Source: Planctomycetota bacterium (GTDB lineage: Bacteria > Planctomycetota > PLA2 > JAEUHO01). Taken from it: 64,000 nt of DNA. Positions 1-9,549 of this stretch are shown piece after piece. Position 1 is the stretch's first letter. Each line of letters opens with the position of its first letter. Made by a program: the position numbers and the translations under genes. Where the stretch lies: positions 1 to 64,000 of the forward strand of contig CBDCWP010000002.1 in NCBI GenBank assembly GCA_965223505.1, read 5' to 3'. The notes below the pieces were generated by a model. The model had not been told where the DNA came from and made no database searches. It saw only the letters and a program-made list of their open reading frames with translations.

Positions 1-662
1 CGAGGGCGAACCGCCGATCGTACCCGCGAGCGGACCGCGTCGAAAACCTCGCGCAGGGTCATCTCTGTCGTATCGAGGATCCAGGCGTCGGCGGCCGGCC
101 GCAGCGGCGACGCCTCGCGGGTGCTGTCCAGGTGGTCCCGTCGCTCGATGCCTTCGCGCACCCGCGCGACCGACCGGGCCTCCGAGGCGGGTTCGTCTTG
201 CCGCTGGCGGCGCCGGGCGCGCTCGTCGACATCGGCTTCGAGGTAGATCTTCACCGCGGCGTCGGGGAAGACCACCGTGCCCATGTCGCGGCCCTCGGCC
301 ACGATGCGGTCGTTCTCGCGCGCGAACGCCTGCTGGTGCCGCACCATCACGTCGCGCACCGCCGGCACGCTCGCCACGGCCGAGACCGCGGCCGTCACCT
401 CCCCCGTGCGGATGTGTTCGGTGACGTCCTCGCCGTCGACCGACACACGTCCGTCCGCCAACAAGTGCACCGCGAGCTTCCCCGCGAGGGTCGTCAGCGC
501 CGCCGCGTCGCCGGGATCGATGCCGTTACGGAGCGCACGCAGGGTCACGGCGCGGTAGATCGCGCCGGTGTCGAGGTACGCCCAGCCGAGATCCTCGGCC
601 AGCATGCGCGCAATCGTGCTCTTGCCCACGCCGGCGGGTCCGTCGATGGCGACTACGAGCAC
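1..662 (-). CDS. cmk: Cytidylate kinase (3' end runs off the window edge)
   Basis: Manual translation of the minus strand from GTG at 662 gives VLVVAIDGPAGVGKSTIARMLAEDLGWAYLDTGAIYR, the Cmk P-loop and DTGAxYR motif. No stop before position 1. Not in the supplied ORF list. Confidence 0.93.
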   Translation of the reverse strand, partial: MLVVAIDGPAGVGKSTIARMLAEDLGWAYLDTGAIYRAVTLRALRNGIDPGDAAALTTLAGKLAVHLLADGRVSVDGEDVTEHIRTGEVTAAVSAVASVPAVRDVMVRHQQAFARENDRIVAEGRDMGTVVFPDAAVKIYLEADVDERARRRQRQDEPASEARSVARVREGIERRDHLDSTREASPLRPAADAWILDTTEMTLREVFDAVRSRVRSAVRP

Positions 663-683
663 GTGATCTCCCTGCCCGGCTTT

Positions 684-1649
684 TTACCCGGCGGCATGCC
701 GCGCGTCGAAGGCGGCGGCGTCGGAAACGACGCGGTCGAGATCGCTCACGCGCGCGGCCCAGCCGAGATCGCGCTTTGCCGCGGCCGGGTCGGCAACCAG
801 CACAGGGGGGTCCCCGGCGCGCCGATCGCCTTCGACGCGCTCGATCTCGACGTCGAGAACGCGCTCGACGGCGTCGAGGATCTCGCGGACCGACACGCCG
901 TGTCCGGTGCCCAGGTTCCAACAGCCGCCCGCCCTCCCGCTCTCGAGGTGCTCGAGCGCCGCCACGTGCGCTTGCGCGAGATCGAGCACGTGGATGTAGT
1001 CGCGTACGCACGTGCCGTCGGGCGTGTCGTAGTCCGTTCCGAACACCGTGAACGGGGTGCCGCCGCGCGCCGCACGGATGGCCAGCGGAATGACGTGCGT
1101 CTCGGGATCGTGCAGCTCGCCGACGCCCTCGTCCGGAACGGCGCCGCACGCGTTGAAGTAGCGCAGCACGGCCGCGGGCATCCCGGAGGCGAAGAGCGCG
1201 TCCTCGCACGCGACCTTCGACGCGCCGTACGGGTTCACCGGGGCGCGCGGCGCGTCCTCGCGAATCGGCGTCGTCGCCGGCTCGCCGTAGACCGCGCAGG
1301 TGCTCGAGAACACGAACGCGCCGATGTCGCAGGCCGCGGCGGCCTCGACGAGCGCGGTCGTCTTTCCGCGGTTCCAGCGGTCGTACAGCTCCGGATCCGC
1401 GACGGACTCGCCGACGAGCGCCTTGGCCGCGAAGTGCATGACGGCCGTCACGTCGTGTTCGCGAATGGTCTTGCGGACCAGGTCGCCGTCTTCGACGTCG
1501 CCCTCGACGAACGGGCCCCACTTCACGAAGTCTCTGTGGCCGGTGGAGAGGTCGTCCAGCACGACGACGTCGCGCCCGGCGGCAGCGAGCACGAACGCGG
1601 CCGCACTGCCGATGTAACCGGCGCCGCCGGTGACGAGTACCGCGCCCAT
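684..1649 (-). CDS. galE: UDP-glucose 4-epimerase
   Basis: VLVTGGAGYIGS, FSSTCAVYG, NPYGASK (YxxxK), LRYFN and DGTCVRDYIHV motifs. Start placed at ATG 1649. Confidence 0.92.
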   Translation of the reverse strand: MGAVLVTGGAGYIGSAAAFVLAAAGRDVVVLDDLSTGHRDFVKWGPFVEGDVEDGDLVRKTIREHDVTAVMHFAAKALVGESVADPELYDRWNRGKTTALVEAAAACDIGAFVFSSTCAVYGEPATTPIREDAPRAPVNPYGASKVACEDALFASGMPAAVLRYFNACGAVPDEGVGELHDPETHVIPLAIRAARGGTPFTVFGTDYDTPDGTCVRDYIHVLDLAQAHVAALEHLESGRAGGCWNLGTGHGVSVREILDAVERVLDVEIERVEGDRRAGDPPVLVADPAAAKRDLGWAARVSDLDRVVSDAAAFDARHAAG

Positions 1650-1653
1650 GAAC

Positions 1654-3402
1654 CTAGTTCCCGCTGTTCGCCTGGGCGGCCTTGCGCCGCGCTTCGTACC
1701 ACCCGCGGACCTGCTTGCGGATCTCCGGCAGGCCCTCGGGCGTTCGCAGGGACGCCTCGACGCGCGGGAACGTCGCCCAGCGCTCGCGATAGAACGCAAG
1801 CTCCTCGGCCTCCGTCGCCGCGAGCCGGTCGGCGTGCCGCAACGTCGTCGCGTACGCCGCCAACGCGACCTTCGGCGACTTGTCGAAGATGCGCAGCGTC
1901 AGCGTGCGCTCGGGTTGCGGCTCGTCGACCTCGAGGAAGGCGTCGATCGCGCGCATCTTCAGCTCGACGCCGGCCGAGGTGTCGAGGAACGCGCGCCAGC
2001 GCTCACGCACCTCCGTCGCGCGGTCCAGCGTCACCCATTGCGGCGCGCTGATGGGCTGGTCCTGGAACTCCGCGTACTCGCGCAGCGCGAGTCGCACGGC
2101 GTTGAACTCGCGCTCGACCGCTTCGCGGGCCTCGCCCTCGGGCGGCGGGGGACTGAGCTTCACGGCGAAGAGGTGCTCGTACAGGTAGAGCACGGCGGCG
2201 TCGAACTTCAGCCGCCCGAGCTCTTCGGCGGCGATCGCGCGCACGCCGGCCGCCGGGTCCGCCAGCGCGCGGGCGATGTGCCGCACCACGGGCAGGGCAT
2301 TGAGGCTGCCGAGGATGCGGACCAGCAGCACGCGGCACTCCGGATCGGGCTCGAGCCGCGGCTCGATGCGCGCGTAGAGCAGCGAGTGCACGACGGGAAT
2401 GCGCGCCTCGTAGTACTCGTGCAAGGCCTTGCGCCGCACTTCGACGTCGTCCGAGACGCACCGCTCGAGCAGCTGCGCGAACGGATCGTCGGGGAACTTC
2501 GGCGACGCCGGCTGCGCCGGCCGCTTGATGGGCGCCCCGCTTTCGAGCTCGGCGACACGTTGCTTCAAGCGCTCCTTGATCTCGGCGTCCCGCATGAGCG
2601 GGATCAGGCGCTCGTAGTTGCGAATCAAGCGCTTGCGGTCTTCGAGCTGGACGTAGACGACCTCGAGCGCCTGCATGACGTGCACGGCCTTGTCGTTCAT
2701 GTACACAACGCGTTCGAGACTGCGCGCCGCCTCCGTGTACTTGGCGAGCTCCAACTGCACCATGCCGAGAAACTCGAGCACCTCCATGTCGCCGGGCAGC
2801 GCCTTTTTGACGGCCAGCAGCTCGCGCTCGGCGCTCTCGAGCTGTTTCGTTCGCGCGTAGGCCCTCGCGAGCGCCACGCGGATCGAGTTGTTGCCCGGGT
2901 CGATCTCGAGCAGGTCCTGGAGCGCGTTGATCGCGGGCCCCATGTCCCCCTTCGAGAGCAGGATCTGCGTTCGCAGCTCGATGGCCGGAAGCTCCTTGGG
3001 CCGCATGCGCAGCACGCGATCGATGTACGTGAGCGCGTACTCGTACTTCTGTTGCTCGTACGCCAGGATGGCGAGATTCAGGTTGGCGAACCAGAAGTCC
3101 GCGTTGGCCCGCAGGCACTCCTTGAGCAACCGCGCCGCGTCGTTGGCGCGCTTGTCGTAGTACAGCACGCGCGCGAGCAGGTACTTGTTCAGGACGGTGG
3201 GACTGCGTTGGTGACGGCTCTGGTAGGTGATGACGACGCTCTTGATGCTGCCCTGCCGTTTCGCGGCGCGCAGCTCCTTGTCCTGCGTCTTGCGCGCGGC
3301 CTCCACCTCGGCTTCCCATGCTTCTTCCGCCCGCGCCTCGCCGCAGGGAACGAACGCGATCCAGCCGAGCGCCGCGATCGTTCCGATGAGGATGCATCGC
3401 AT
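1654..3402 (-). CDS. Exported TPR-repeat protein with C-terminal HEAT-like repeats
   Basis: Signal-peptide-like N-terminus (MRCILIGTIAALGWIAFVPCGEARA), TPR-like helices (AINALQDLLEIDPGN) and a HEAT-like motif (ALADPAAGVRAIAAEELG). Confidence 0.75.
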   Translation of the reverse strand: MRCILIGTIAALGWIAFVPCGEARAEEAWEAEVEAARKTQDKELRAAKRQGSIKSVVITYQSRHQRSPTVLNKYLLARVLYYDKRANDAARLLKECLRANADFWFANLNLAILAYEQQKYEYALTYIDRVLRMRPKELPAIELRTQILLSKGDMGPAINALQDLLEIDPGNNSIRVALARAYARTKQLESAERELLAVKKALPGDMEVLEFLGMVQLELAKYTEAARSLERVVYMNDKAVHVMQALEVVYVQLEDRKRLIRNYERLIPLMRDAEIKERLKQRVAELESGAPIKRPAQPASPKFPDDPFAQLLERCVSDDVEVRRKALHEYYEARIPVVHSLLYARIEPRLEPDPECRVLLVRILGSLNALPVVRHIARALADPAAGVRAIAAEELGRLKFDAAVLYLYEHLFAVKLSPPPPEGEAREAVEREFNAVRLALREYAEFQDQPISAPQWVTLDRATEVRERWRAFLDTSAGVELKMRAIDAFLEVDEPQPERTLTLRIFDKSPKVALAAYATTLRHADRLAATEAEELAFYRERWATFPRVEASLRTPEGLPEIRKQVRGWYEARRKAAQANSGN

Positions 3403-3404
3403 GA

Positions 3405-5228
3405 CTAGGGCTTCTCCTTCGCCCACTGCTCGAGACGCGCTCTCAAGGCGGCGTGGTTCGCCTGTTGCATCTCGCCCGCGCCGATGACGGGCAGCGCGAA
3501 GAGCCACGTCTTCCAGGCGGCGAATTCGGGATTGCGACTGCGATAGAGTCGCTCGCGCGACGGGTCCGAGAACTGGGCCTGGATCGTGCCGAACGCGCGG
3601 TACGCGGCGCGCATCTCGAAGAACGAGCTCGACGACACGTAGGGCAGCAGCACGTCCTGCACGTGAACGTCCATCAGCGCGGGATACGCGCGCAGCCCGC
3701 GGATTCGGGCTTCCGACCCGACGGGGCCGTTCCACCACTCCAAGAACGCTGCGCGATGCTGGGCGTCGGTGCTGTCGGCACGATCGATCGCGAGTCGCCC
3801 CTTGGCGCTCTGCAACAGCGCGAAGCGGATTTCGGCGGCCACCTGGCGGTCCTTGTCGTCGACGTGGCGCGCCAGGATCAGCACGCCCGCGTCGCGCGCG
3901 TCGACGGACAGCTCGCCTTGCTTCAACACGGCGTCCACGGCGGCCAGTCGGACGCGGCGATCGGCGTCCTGCGCGAGCACGAGGCGCAGCACCGGCATCA
4001 AGGCGAAGCCCCCGTGCACGCCGATCGCGCGCACCGCCTGGGCGCGCACACGGCCGGACGGCTCGCCGGCCGCGGTGATGCGCTTGAGCACCGTGCTCCA
4101 CACCGGCCGCGGCGGCGGCTGGGCGAGCATGGTGATGAAGGTCATGACCTTGAACCGGAGGTCCTCGTCCTTGCCGGTCATCAGCGCGATGATCTTCTCT
4201 TCCTCGGTGAGGTCGCGCGCAGGCTGGTCGCTGAAGTTGGCGATCTGGGCCTTGAGCTCGTCGATCTTCGCGCGGATGTCCTTCTTCTCCTCGTCGGAGG
4301 TCGCGCGGCGATACATGCGCTGCAGCACCCAGAGCATGTCGTCCGGATGGACGGGCTGCTTCAGCTTCTCGCGCACCACGAGGCAGCGCATGTAGCCCTG
4401 CAGCGGCTGCGGGTGCGCGGGAAGGTCGATCACGAGCTGCTTGTAGAGCTCGAGCGCGCGATCGGTGTCCTGCGCGGCGAGATGGACGCCCGCCTGGAGA
4501 AGGCGGAACACGTGGTCGGTCGGCGAATTCGGCGCCGCCTTGGCGAGCTCGGCGTCGATCCGTCGATGGGCCTCGTCGAACTGCTTGAGCTGCGTGTGCG
4601 CTTCGATGAGCGCCGCCCGCGCCTTGACGTCGTCGGGCTCGATCCGGATGAGCTCGCGCAGGACCGGAATCGCCTCGCGCCAGTTGCGGTCGGTCATGTA
4701 GAGCAGCGTGAGCTGACGCAGCGGCGCGGTGTAGCTCGGCTTCAGCTGCCACGCTCGACGTAGGTACTGCGCCGCGACGTCGCGCCGATCCGTCGCGGCC
4801 TGCAGGGCGATGACGCCCATGTCGTGATACGCGAAATAGCACCGACGCGAGACGCGCAGAACGTCCTGGTAGGCCGACATGGCGGCCGCGTAGTCCTTGG
4901 CGGCCGCCGCCTCGAGCCGCGCGACGTCGGACGCGTCCTTCGCTTCGGCGGCCTTGGAACGCAGGTCCCCGTGACGAAGTCCGTAGGCGCGAGCGAGTAG
5001 GTACAGCCGCCTGAGCTTCTCCGCGCCTTCGGCGCGCCGCACGGCCATCTGCTCGTAGCGCTGCACGAGGCCGTCGAGCGCGACGTCCTGCTTCCGCTCC
5101 CGATCCTGTTTGCGAATGCCCTCGACGACGAGCGCCTCGCCGGGAAACACCTCGGCCGCGTCCGCGTTTCGCGCTCCCGCAGCGACGACGCAGAGCACGC
5201 AGGCAAGGACCGGAATCAGACGCCCCAC
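3405..5228 (-). CDS. Exported TPR-repeat protein with HEAT-like repeats
   Basis: GTG start at 5228, signal-peptide-like N-terminus, TPR-like motif (AIPVLRELIRIEPDD) and HEAT-like motif (QDADRRVRLAAVDAV). Same architecture as the downstream gene. Confidence 0.72.
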   Translation of the reverse strand: MGRLIPVLACVLCVVAAGARNADAAEVFPGEALVVEGIRKQDRERKQDVALDGLVQRYEQMAVRRAEGAEKLRRLYLLARAYGLRHGDLRSKAAEAKDASDVARLEAAAAKDYAAAMSAYQDVLRVSRRCYFAYHDMGVIALQAATDRRDVAAQYLRRAWQLKPSYTAPLRQLTLLYMTDRNWREAIPVLRELIRIEPDDVKARAALIEAHTQLKQFDEAHRRIDAELAKAAPNSPTDHVFRLLQAGVHLAAQDTDRALELYKQLVIDLPAHPQPLQGYMRCLVVREKLKQPVHPDDMLWVLQRMYRRATSDEEKKDIRAKIDELKAQIANFSDQPARDLTEEEKIIALMTGKDEDLRFKVMTFITMLAQPPPRPVWSTVLKRITAAGEPSGRVRAQAVRAIGVHGGFALMPVLRLVLAQDADRRVRLAAVDAVLKQGELSVDARDAGVLILARHVDDKDRQVAAEIRFALLQSAKGRLAIDRADSTDAQHRAAFLEWWNGPVGSEARIRGLRAYPALMDVHVQDVLLPYVSSSSFFEMRAAYRAFGTIQAQFSDPSRERLYRSRNPEFAAWKTWLFALPVIGAGEMQQANHAALRARLEQWAKEKP

Positions 5229-5287
5229 GATGAAAACCCTCCGGCGAAACGGGAATGGCGCATGGTACCGGCCCCCCCGGCGACTCC

Positions 5288-6535
5288 CTACGAACGGGGC
5301 TCCGCAAGTGCTTGCAGATCGGTCAGAAATGCCGGGTGCGACTTCTCGACGGCCTGCGCGCCGGCGAGCACGATCCCGGGCAGGCGTTGCCCCAATGCGC
5401 CGAAGGCAAAGGCGATACGGTGATCGCCTGCGACGTCGACCCGCCCACCGCGCACCTCGCCGCCCTCGACCGTCAGGCCGTCCTGCGCCACGTCGACGGC
5501 GACGCCCAGGCCCGCGAGGCGCTCGGCGACGACGGCGACGCGATCGGACTCCTTGCCGCGCGCGTGGGCCACCCCGACGATGCGCGTGCGTCCTTCCGCG
5601 ACGGCCGCGAGGACGGCGCAAAGCGGCAGCAAGTCCGGACTGTCACGCAGGTCGATCTCCCCCGCCGCCCGCAGCGGTCCGCGCGCCCGCACCCCCACGC
5701 CGCGCTCCGCGTCGAACACCTCGGCGCCCATGCGCTCGAGGATCGGTAGGACGGCGAGGTCCGCCTGCCGGCCGTCGCGACGCGTAGCGCCGACCGTGAT
5801 CTCGCCGCCGGTGAGCGCGGCCACGCACCACCACACCGCCGCGGCCGACGCGTCGGCCTCCACGCGGTACCGATCCGCCGACGGCGCGCCGCCCTCGACC
5901 CGGATGCGCTCGGGTTCGACCCGGGCCTCGATGCCGAACGCGCGCAGGACGTCCGCCGTGAGCGCGAGGTACGGACGCGAGACGACGGTTCCCGCCAGCT
6001 CGATCTCGAGGCCGCCGGTGCGAGGCGCAATGAGCATCAACGCGGACGCGAATTGGCTCGACAACGAGCCGTCGAGCCGGACGCGGCCTGCCGTCGGCGG
6101 CCCGCCGATCACGCGAACGGCCCCCGAGTGACGGCGCTTCAGGCGCACGCCGAGCGTTCGCAGCGCGCGCAGCAACGGACTGTGCGGACGGCGCAAGAGC
6201 GACGGCCTTCCGGTGACCAGCGTGCGCGCGCCCTGCGGGCGCAAGGCGGCCGCGGCGACGGCGAAGCGCATCCCGGTGCCGTTCAGATGCAGATCCACGC
6301 GCGTCGACGCCCGGCTCGTCCCGAGCGCCGCGCCGTTCCAGACGCCGAACGCGTCGAGCGCCGCGCCGAGGCGGCGCACGTCGTCACCGGGCGGCTGCAG
6401 GTCGCTCGTGTCGATCAAGGTCTCGCCGCCGGCCAGCGCGCGCAGCACCAACGCGCGCTGGTGGAGCGACTTCGACCCCGGCACCGTGCGAAACGCGCGG
6501 ACGGGATCGCGGGGGGGCGTGACGACGAAGTCCAT
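5288..6535 (-). CDS. aroA: 3-phosphoshikimate 1-carboxyvinyltransferase (EPSP synthase)
   Basis: PGSKS, SSQFASALM, KESDR and DHRIA motifs. Confidence 0.9.
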   Translation of the reverse strand: MDFVVTPPRDPVRAFRTVPGSKSLHQRALVLRALAGGETLIDTSDLQPPGDDVRRLGAALDAFGVWNGAALGTSRASTRVDLHLNGTGMRFAVAAAALRPQGARTLVTGRPSLLRRPHSPLLRALRTLGVRLKRRHSGAVRVIGGPPTAGRVRLDGSLSSQFASALMLIAPRTGGLEIELAGTVVSRPYLALTADVLRAFGIEARVEPERIRVEGGAPSADRYRVEADASAAAVWWCVAALTGGEITVGATRRDGRQADLAVLPILERMGAEVFDAERGVGVRARGPLRAAGEIDLRDSPDLLPLCAVLAAVAEGRTRIVGVAHARGKESDRVAVVAERLAGLGVAVDVAQDGLTVEGGEVRGGRVDVAGDHRIAFAFGALGQRLPGIVLAGAQAVEKSHPAFLTDLQALAEPRS

Positions 6536-6613
6536 GCATTTGGATTATCAATGAACGCAGTGAATCGCCCGCGAGAACCCCGGCCGTCGTTACCCCGTCG
6601 ACGGGCCGACCGG

Positions 6614-6619
6614 TATGAT
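6614..6619 (+). promoter_or_regulatory. Possible sigma70 -10 element (TATGAT) upstream of purC
   Basis: TATGAT lies in the divergent aroA/purC gap about 35 nt before the purC ATG. A GGGGAGG RBS precedes the ATG. Confidence 0.3.
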
Positions 6620-6654
6620 CCCCGTCCCAACGTGAGCAACCCGGGGAGGCTTCC

Positions 6655-7548
6655 ATGACCGCGACCGTCACGACCACGGAGCTCGAAGGACTGAAGCTGC
6701 TGCAGCGCGGCAAGGTCCGGGACGTCTACGACCTCGGCGAAAACCTGCTCATCGTCGCCACCGATCGCCTGAGCGCGTACGACGTCGTGCTCTCGCCGGC
6801 AATTCCGGACAAGGGCAAGGTGCTCACCTACATGTCGGTGTTCTGGTTCGAGAAGTTCGCCGACATCGTCCCCAACCACCTGATCACGGCGGACGTGGAC
6901 GAGATGCCCGACGAGGTGCGGCGGCACGCCGACGTCCTGCGCGGGCGCAGCATGCTCGTGAAGCGGTTGAAGATGCTCCCCGTCGAGTGCGTCGCGCGCG
7001 GCTTCCTGACCGGCAGCGGCTGGAAGGACTACCTGGCCACCGGCGCAGTGTGCGGCCACGAACTGCCCGCCGACCTGCCGGAGAGCGTGCGCCTCGACCC
7101 GCCGTTGTTCACACCCGCGACCAAGGCCGAGGAAGGCCACGACGAGAACATCGACTTCGCTACGACGGTCGACATGATCGGCCAGGAGGCCGCCGATCTG
7201 GCGCGCGACCTCACCCTGAAGATCTACGGTCGCGGCCGCGAGATCGCCGCGGAGCGCGGCATCCTGATCGCCGACACGAAGTTCGAGTTCGGGTTCGACG
7301 AGAACGGCACGCTCGTCATCGGCGACGAGGTGCTGACGCCGGACTCGTCGCGGTTCTGGGACGCCGCCAAGTACGAGGAAGGCCGGCCCCAGGAGAGCTT
7401 CGACAAGCAGCCCGTCCGCAACTGGCTCGACGAGCTGGGATGGGACCGTTCGCCGCCGGCTCCCGAGATGACGGAAGAGGTGGTGTCGCGCACGAGCGCG
7501 ACGTACCGAGAGATCTACGAGCGCCTGACCGGCTCGCCCCTCCCGTAA
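6655..7548 (+). CDS. purC: SAICAR synthetase
   Basis: GKVRDVY, TDRLSAYD, ECVARG, DTKFEFG and DEVLTPDSSRFW motifs. Confidence 0.97.
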   Translation: MTATVTTTELEGLKLLQRGKVRDVYDLGENLLIVATDRLSAYDVVLSPAIPDKGKVLTYMSVFWFEKFADIVPNHLITADVDEMPDEVRRHADVLRGRSMLVKRLKMLPVECVARGFLTGSGWKDYLATGAVCGHELPADLPESVRLDPPLFTPATKAEEGHDENIDFATTVDMIGQEAADLARDLTLKIYGRGREIAAERGILIADTKFEFGFDENGTLVIGDEVLTPDSSRFWDAAKYEEGRPQESFDKQPVRNWLDELGWDRSPPAPEMTEEVVSRTSATYREIYERLTGSPLP

Positions 7549-7578
7549 GGCCCCGGTCGTCATAGGAGACGCAAGTTC

Positions 7579-8148
7579 ATGGGATCGAATGACGAGAACA
7601 ATGCCGGTACGCCCGGCTCTCCGGACAAAGAGGTCGACGTCCGACAGCCGGTCGTCGGCGTCGTCATGGGAAGCGACAGCGACTATCCGATCGTCGAGGG
7701 CTGCATCAATGCACTCGAGGAGTTCGACATCCCCTACGACGTGCGGGTCATGTCGGCGCACCGAACGCCCGATCAGGCGCACGCGTTCGCGAGCACCGCG
7801 CGGCTCAAGGGTTTCAAGATCCTGATCGCCGCCGCGGGCGGCGCCGCGCACCTCGCCGGCGTGCTCGCCAGCCTGACGACGCTGCCAGTCATCGGCATCC
7901 CGATCCAGACGCCAACGCTCGGCGGCGCGGACTCGCTCTACTCCACGGTGCAGATGCCGGCGGGCGTTCCCGTCGCCACCGTCGCCATCGGCAAGGCCGG
8001 CGCCAAGAACGCCGCGCTGCTCGCCGTCGAGATCCTCGCGCTCTCCGACGATTCGCTGCAGGATCGTCTGCAGGAGTACCGCGCCAACATGCGAGCGACC
8101 GTTTCCGCGAAAAACGAGCGCCTGCGCCAGAAGGTCTTTGAATCTTGA
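7579..8148 (+). CDS. purE: N5-CAIR mutase
   Basis: MGSDSD, SAHRTP, AGGAAHLAG and QMPAGVPVATV motifs. Confidence 0.96.
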   Translation: MGSNDENNAGTPGSPDKEVDVRQPVVGVVMGSDSDYPIVEGCINALEEFDIPYDVRVMSAHRTPDQAHAFASTARLKGFKILIAAAGGAAHLAGVLASLTTLPVIGIPIQTPTLGGADSLYSTVQMPAGVPVATVAIGKAGAKNAALLAVEILALSDDSLQDRLQEYRANMRATVSAKNERLRQKVFES

Positions 8149-8244
8149 GACGACGGTAGCGCGTCGAACGGGGCTTCCTTCCTGTCGAACCTGCTGACCA
8201 CGATCCCGGAGCCCTGGGCGTCGTGTCCGCTGCCGCAGGCGCCG

Positions 8245-9313
8245 GTGGAACCGCTGCGGTTCACCGGCACCTCGTGGCGGGACGGCCGCGTTTCGATTCT
8301 CGACCAGACACGGCTGCCGCGGCGAGGAGACCTACCTCGATCATCGCGAGGCGCGGGGCGTCGTCGACGACATCAAGCGCTTGGCCGTTCGCGGAGCACC
8401 CATCATCGGCGTCGCCGGCGGCCTACGCGGTCGTTCTCGCCGCGCGCGAGATCATCGAGAGCACGCCGGGAATCGACGTGCGCGTGTTCTGGGAGCGTAT
8501 GGAACACGCCGCGAGGACGATCGCGAACGCCCGGCCGACCGCCGTCAATCTGCCCGCCCGCGGTCGACCGTTGCCTCGCGCTGGGCCGCAACTGCCCGGG
8601 TAGCCCGGAGCAGATCGCCGACGCGCTGCTCGACGGCGCGCAACGTCTCGAGACCTACGAACGCGACGCGTGCGCTTCGATCGCGCGCCGCGGCGCGGCG
8701 TGGTTGGCGGGTCGCAAGCGGTTCCTCACTCACTGCAACGCAGGTGCGCTCGTCGCACCCGGGCTCGGTACCGCTCTCGCACCGTTCTAACGCGTTGCAC
8801 GGCGCGGACGAACCGGTGCACGTCTGGGTCGACGAGACGCGCCCCTTGCTTCAGGGACTGAGATTGACCGCGTACGAGTTGACGAAAGCCGGCATCGTGC
8901 ACGAGGTGCTCGCGGACAGCGCAGCCGCCGGCCTGTTCCGCAGAGGTCTCGTCGACGCGGTGGTCGTGGGCGCCGATCGCGTTTGCGCCAACGGAGACGT
9001 GGTCAACAAGGTCGGCACGCTGTCGGTCGCGCTGGCCGCCGATCGGTTCGACGTGCCCTTCGTCGTCGCCGCGCCGCGCACCACCATCGACATGCGCACG
9101 GCGACGGGCGACGAGGTCGAGATCGAAGGGCGCCCGGCGGATGCCGGCGTCTACTTGGACGCCGCTACGCTCCCGGCCGACGTGACCGTGCACGCACCCG
9201 CGTTCGACGTCACGCCCGCCGCGCTCGTGACGGCGTTGATCACGGACGCCGGCATTCTCGAACGCCCCTCGCGGGAAGGGTTGCAGGCCTTCGAGGCCGG
9301 CGCGCCCATCTGA
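8245..9313 (+). CDS. mtnA: Methylthioribose-1-phosphate isomerase, interrupted by about 4 apparent +1 frameshifts (probably sequence errors)
   Basis: LDQTRLP, VRGAPIIG, RPTAVNL, THCNAGAL, ETRPLLQG, GADRV..NGDVVNKVGT and FDVTP motifs spread across three frames. Shifts near 8322, 8418, 8558 and 8789. Confidence 0.88.
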
Positions 9314-9485
9314 AGGCTCGTTTCTGCGATCCTCTGCTGCGCCCGGCCGCCGCTCCGATTCTCCCCCAGGACCTTCCCGCGCCGGGGTGTACCGCGGAGC
9401 GCCGAACGTAGGGCTTCCGTAGGGAGCGTCACGCGGCCGAATCGCGCCTCGCCGCCTCCGAGGCCGCCTGGCGGGCGCCGTGCCT

Positions 9486-9517
9486 TCAGCCGATACGGCC
9501 CGTCAGCCGATAGGGCC
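9486..9517 (+). repeat. Tandem 15-bp direct repeat TCAGCCGATA(C/G)GGCC upstream of the DUF4388 gene
   Basis: tcagccgatacggcc at 9486-9500 and tcagccgatagggcc at 9503-9517. Confidence 0.6.
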
Positions 9518-9549
9518 AACGAGAATCCTCGCCATCAGGTGGAAGTTCG

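Noticed and set aside
8245..9313. mtnA as a true pseudogene or programmed frameshift
   Set aside because: Multiple +1 shifts without slippery heptamers, intact catalytic motifs, and similar shifts in neighbouring genes favour sequencing error.
9314..9549. Riboswitch or ncRNA in the mtnA-DUF4388 gap (TGAAGGC...GCCTTCA long-range complement)
   Set aside because: Only 7 bp of complementarity in GC-rich DNA and no recognisable riboswitch consensus. A covariance-model search would be needed.
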